Shown piece by piece: positions 16,113 to 16,943 of a DNA stretch of 16,943 bases. The notes beneath the pieces were generated by a model. The model was not told the DNA's origin and searched no databases. It was given only the letters and a program-made list of their open reading frames with translations. Positions within the stretch are counted from its first letter, which is position 1; the number at the start of each line of letters is the position of its first letter. Where the stretch lies: positions 1-16,943 of the forward strand of contig JBGPXN010000091.1 of the NCBI GenBank assembly GCA_041492755.1, given 5' to 3'. The translations under genes were made by a program, and so were the position numbers. The stretch is from Candidatus Methylomirabilia bacterium (GTDB lineage Bacteria; Methylomirabilota; Methylomirabilia; Rokubacteriales; CSP1-6).

Positions 16113-16420
16113 AGAACGCCTTCACGTCGAACGCGCTGTGCGAACTCTCGCGACGCCGTGGTCAGGTCGATGACGTCGACGTCGTACGGGACGTCGCTCT
16201 CCTCGAGGCGCTCGCGGAGGGTGGCGAAGGACGAGGGGTCGAGGCCGCGGCGAGGCTCGACGGCCACGTCGATGTCGCTGCTCGGCCGGAGTGAGCCGGT
16301 GGCACAAGAGCCGAACAAGTAGACACGGACGTCTTCCTCGCCAAGCACGTCCATGACGATCTCACGCACGCGTTCGAGCGCCCGCGCCCGCGCCGGAGAC
16401 AACTGTGCCTTCCCTTCCAT
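16100..16420 (-). CDS. mntA: Minimal nucleotidyltransferase (MntA/HI0073-like antitoxin)
   Basis: VYLFGS-x10-DID motif (GSCATGSLRPSSDID), VDVIDL, C-terminal EGVLW. Confidence 0.9.
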   Translation of the reverse strand: MEGKAQLSPARARALERVREIVMDVLGEEDVRVYLFGSCATGSLRPSSDIDVAVEPRRGLDPSSFATLRERLEESDVPYDVDVIDLTTASREFAQRVRREGVLWKG

Positions 16421-16427
16421 CGGTCAC

Positions 16428-16436
16428 AGCCTAGCA
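16428..16436 (-). promoter_or_regulatory. Extended -10 element, probable leaderless mntA transcript
   Basis: TGCTAGGCT (TG-n-TAnnnT) lies 7 nt before ATG 16420. No SD sequence. Confidence 0.4.
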
Positions 16437-16590
16437 CGCACGCACGCGCGCGGCGCCGTCAGCCGGTGCCGAAACCGTACCCTGCCCGGTCACCGCCTGA
16501 CGTGACACGGTCCTCGGGCTCCGATCGCATCAGGTCCACCGCCTGCATCTTGCCGCCTTCGAGTAGGAAGACGTATCTCGTGGAGGGTCT

Positions 16591-16631
16591 GACCGCCGGC
16601 TCGGTCAAGGGTTAGCTCCGAGCCGGCGGTC
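16591..16631 (-). terminator. GC-rich hairpin downstream of the DinB-like gene
   Basis: GACCGCCGGCTCGG-N13-CCGAGCCGGCGGTC: perfect 14-bp arms, 16 nt after the stop. No U-tract. Confidence 0.55.
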
Positions 16632-16647
16632 CGCAACACCGCATCGG

Positions 16648-16943
16648 CTACTTCGCGCCGGTGGTGACCTTGATGCTCCCCAGATGCTCGTTGACGTGGT
16701 TGATCAGGATCCCCTCGATCACCTGAGCGGACGTCATGGGCGGCCCGCCCAATACCTTCGCGCTCCGCTCGAGCTCTTCGTCGCTCAGCCCGCGGACCAC
16801 GCCGGCCGCCTTGGCGCCATTCTCCTTCAAGAGCGCGAGCGTCTCCGCCTTGGTGGTATTGGCGTGCTCCTTGGCGTGCTTGGCGTTGCCCTCGTGGATC
16901 ATGTCCATGGTCAGGTTCGGCAGGGGCTTGCCCTTGGCGACCA
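16648..16943 (-). CDS. DinB/YfiT-like (DinB_2) family protein, 5' end outside the window
   Basis: The frame is open to the window edge: NAKHA...LSDEEL...LINHVNEHLGSI, with the C-terminal HxxxH typical of the DinB superfamily. Confidence 0.75.
   Translation of the reverse strand, partial: VAKGKPLPNLTMDMIHEGNAKHAKEHANTTKAETLALLKENGAKAAGVVRGLSDEELERSAKVLGGPPMTSAQVIEGILINHVNEHLGSIKVTTGAK

Noticed and set aside
16459..16582. Minus-strand frame RYVFLLEGGKMQAVDL..., a possible gene remnant
   Set aside because: No start or RBS, and the similarity is too short to assign.
1..16943. tRNA, rRNA, CRISPR array or integron attC array
   Set aside because: No cloverleaf, rRNA-like tract, regularly spaced repeats or recurring attC-like sites were seen by eye.

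Overview
High-GC bacterial window. The gene complement (two zinc-ribbon/class III cyclase/AAA/TPR proteins, LLM and TctC relics) resembles Candidatus Rokubacteria-type soil genomes, which is an inference only. Positions ~3770-16943 hold mostly intact, recognisable genes: a secreted alpha/beta hydrolase, a redoxin, two convergent cyclase-STAND-TPR genes flanking a Tat-exported two-subunit xanthine-oxidase-family molybdoenzyme, a HepT/MntA-type (HI0074/HI0073) pair and a partial DinB-like gene. Positions 1-3770 are a mosaic of gene fragments (URO-D family, LLM monooxygenase, TctC, beta-helix protein) plus a ~500-bp duplication carrying a ClpP homolog whose three catalytic residues are all Gly. 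The most interesting signal is embedded in this mosaic: four paralogous 42-59-codon genes, three of them not called at their true boundaries by the ORF track. Each has a strong RBS, a Lys/Arg/Ser-rich N-terminus, a [VIL][KR][DN][LI]-x(7-9)-[VIA]KGG motif and an unrelated short C-terminal core. They look like a family of double-glycine-type precursor peptides with swappable cores. No transporter or maturase is visible in the window.
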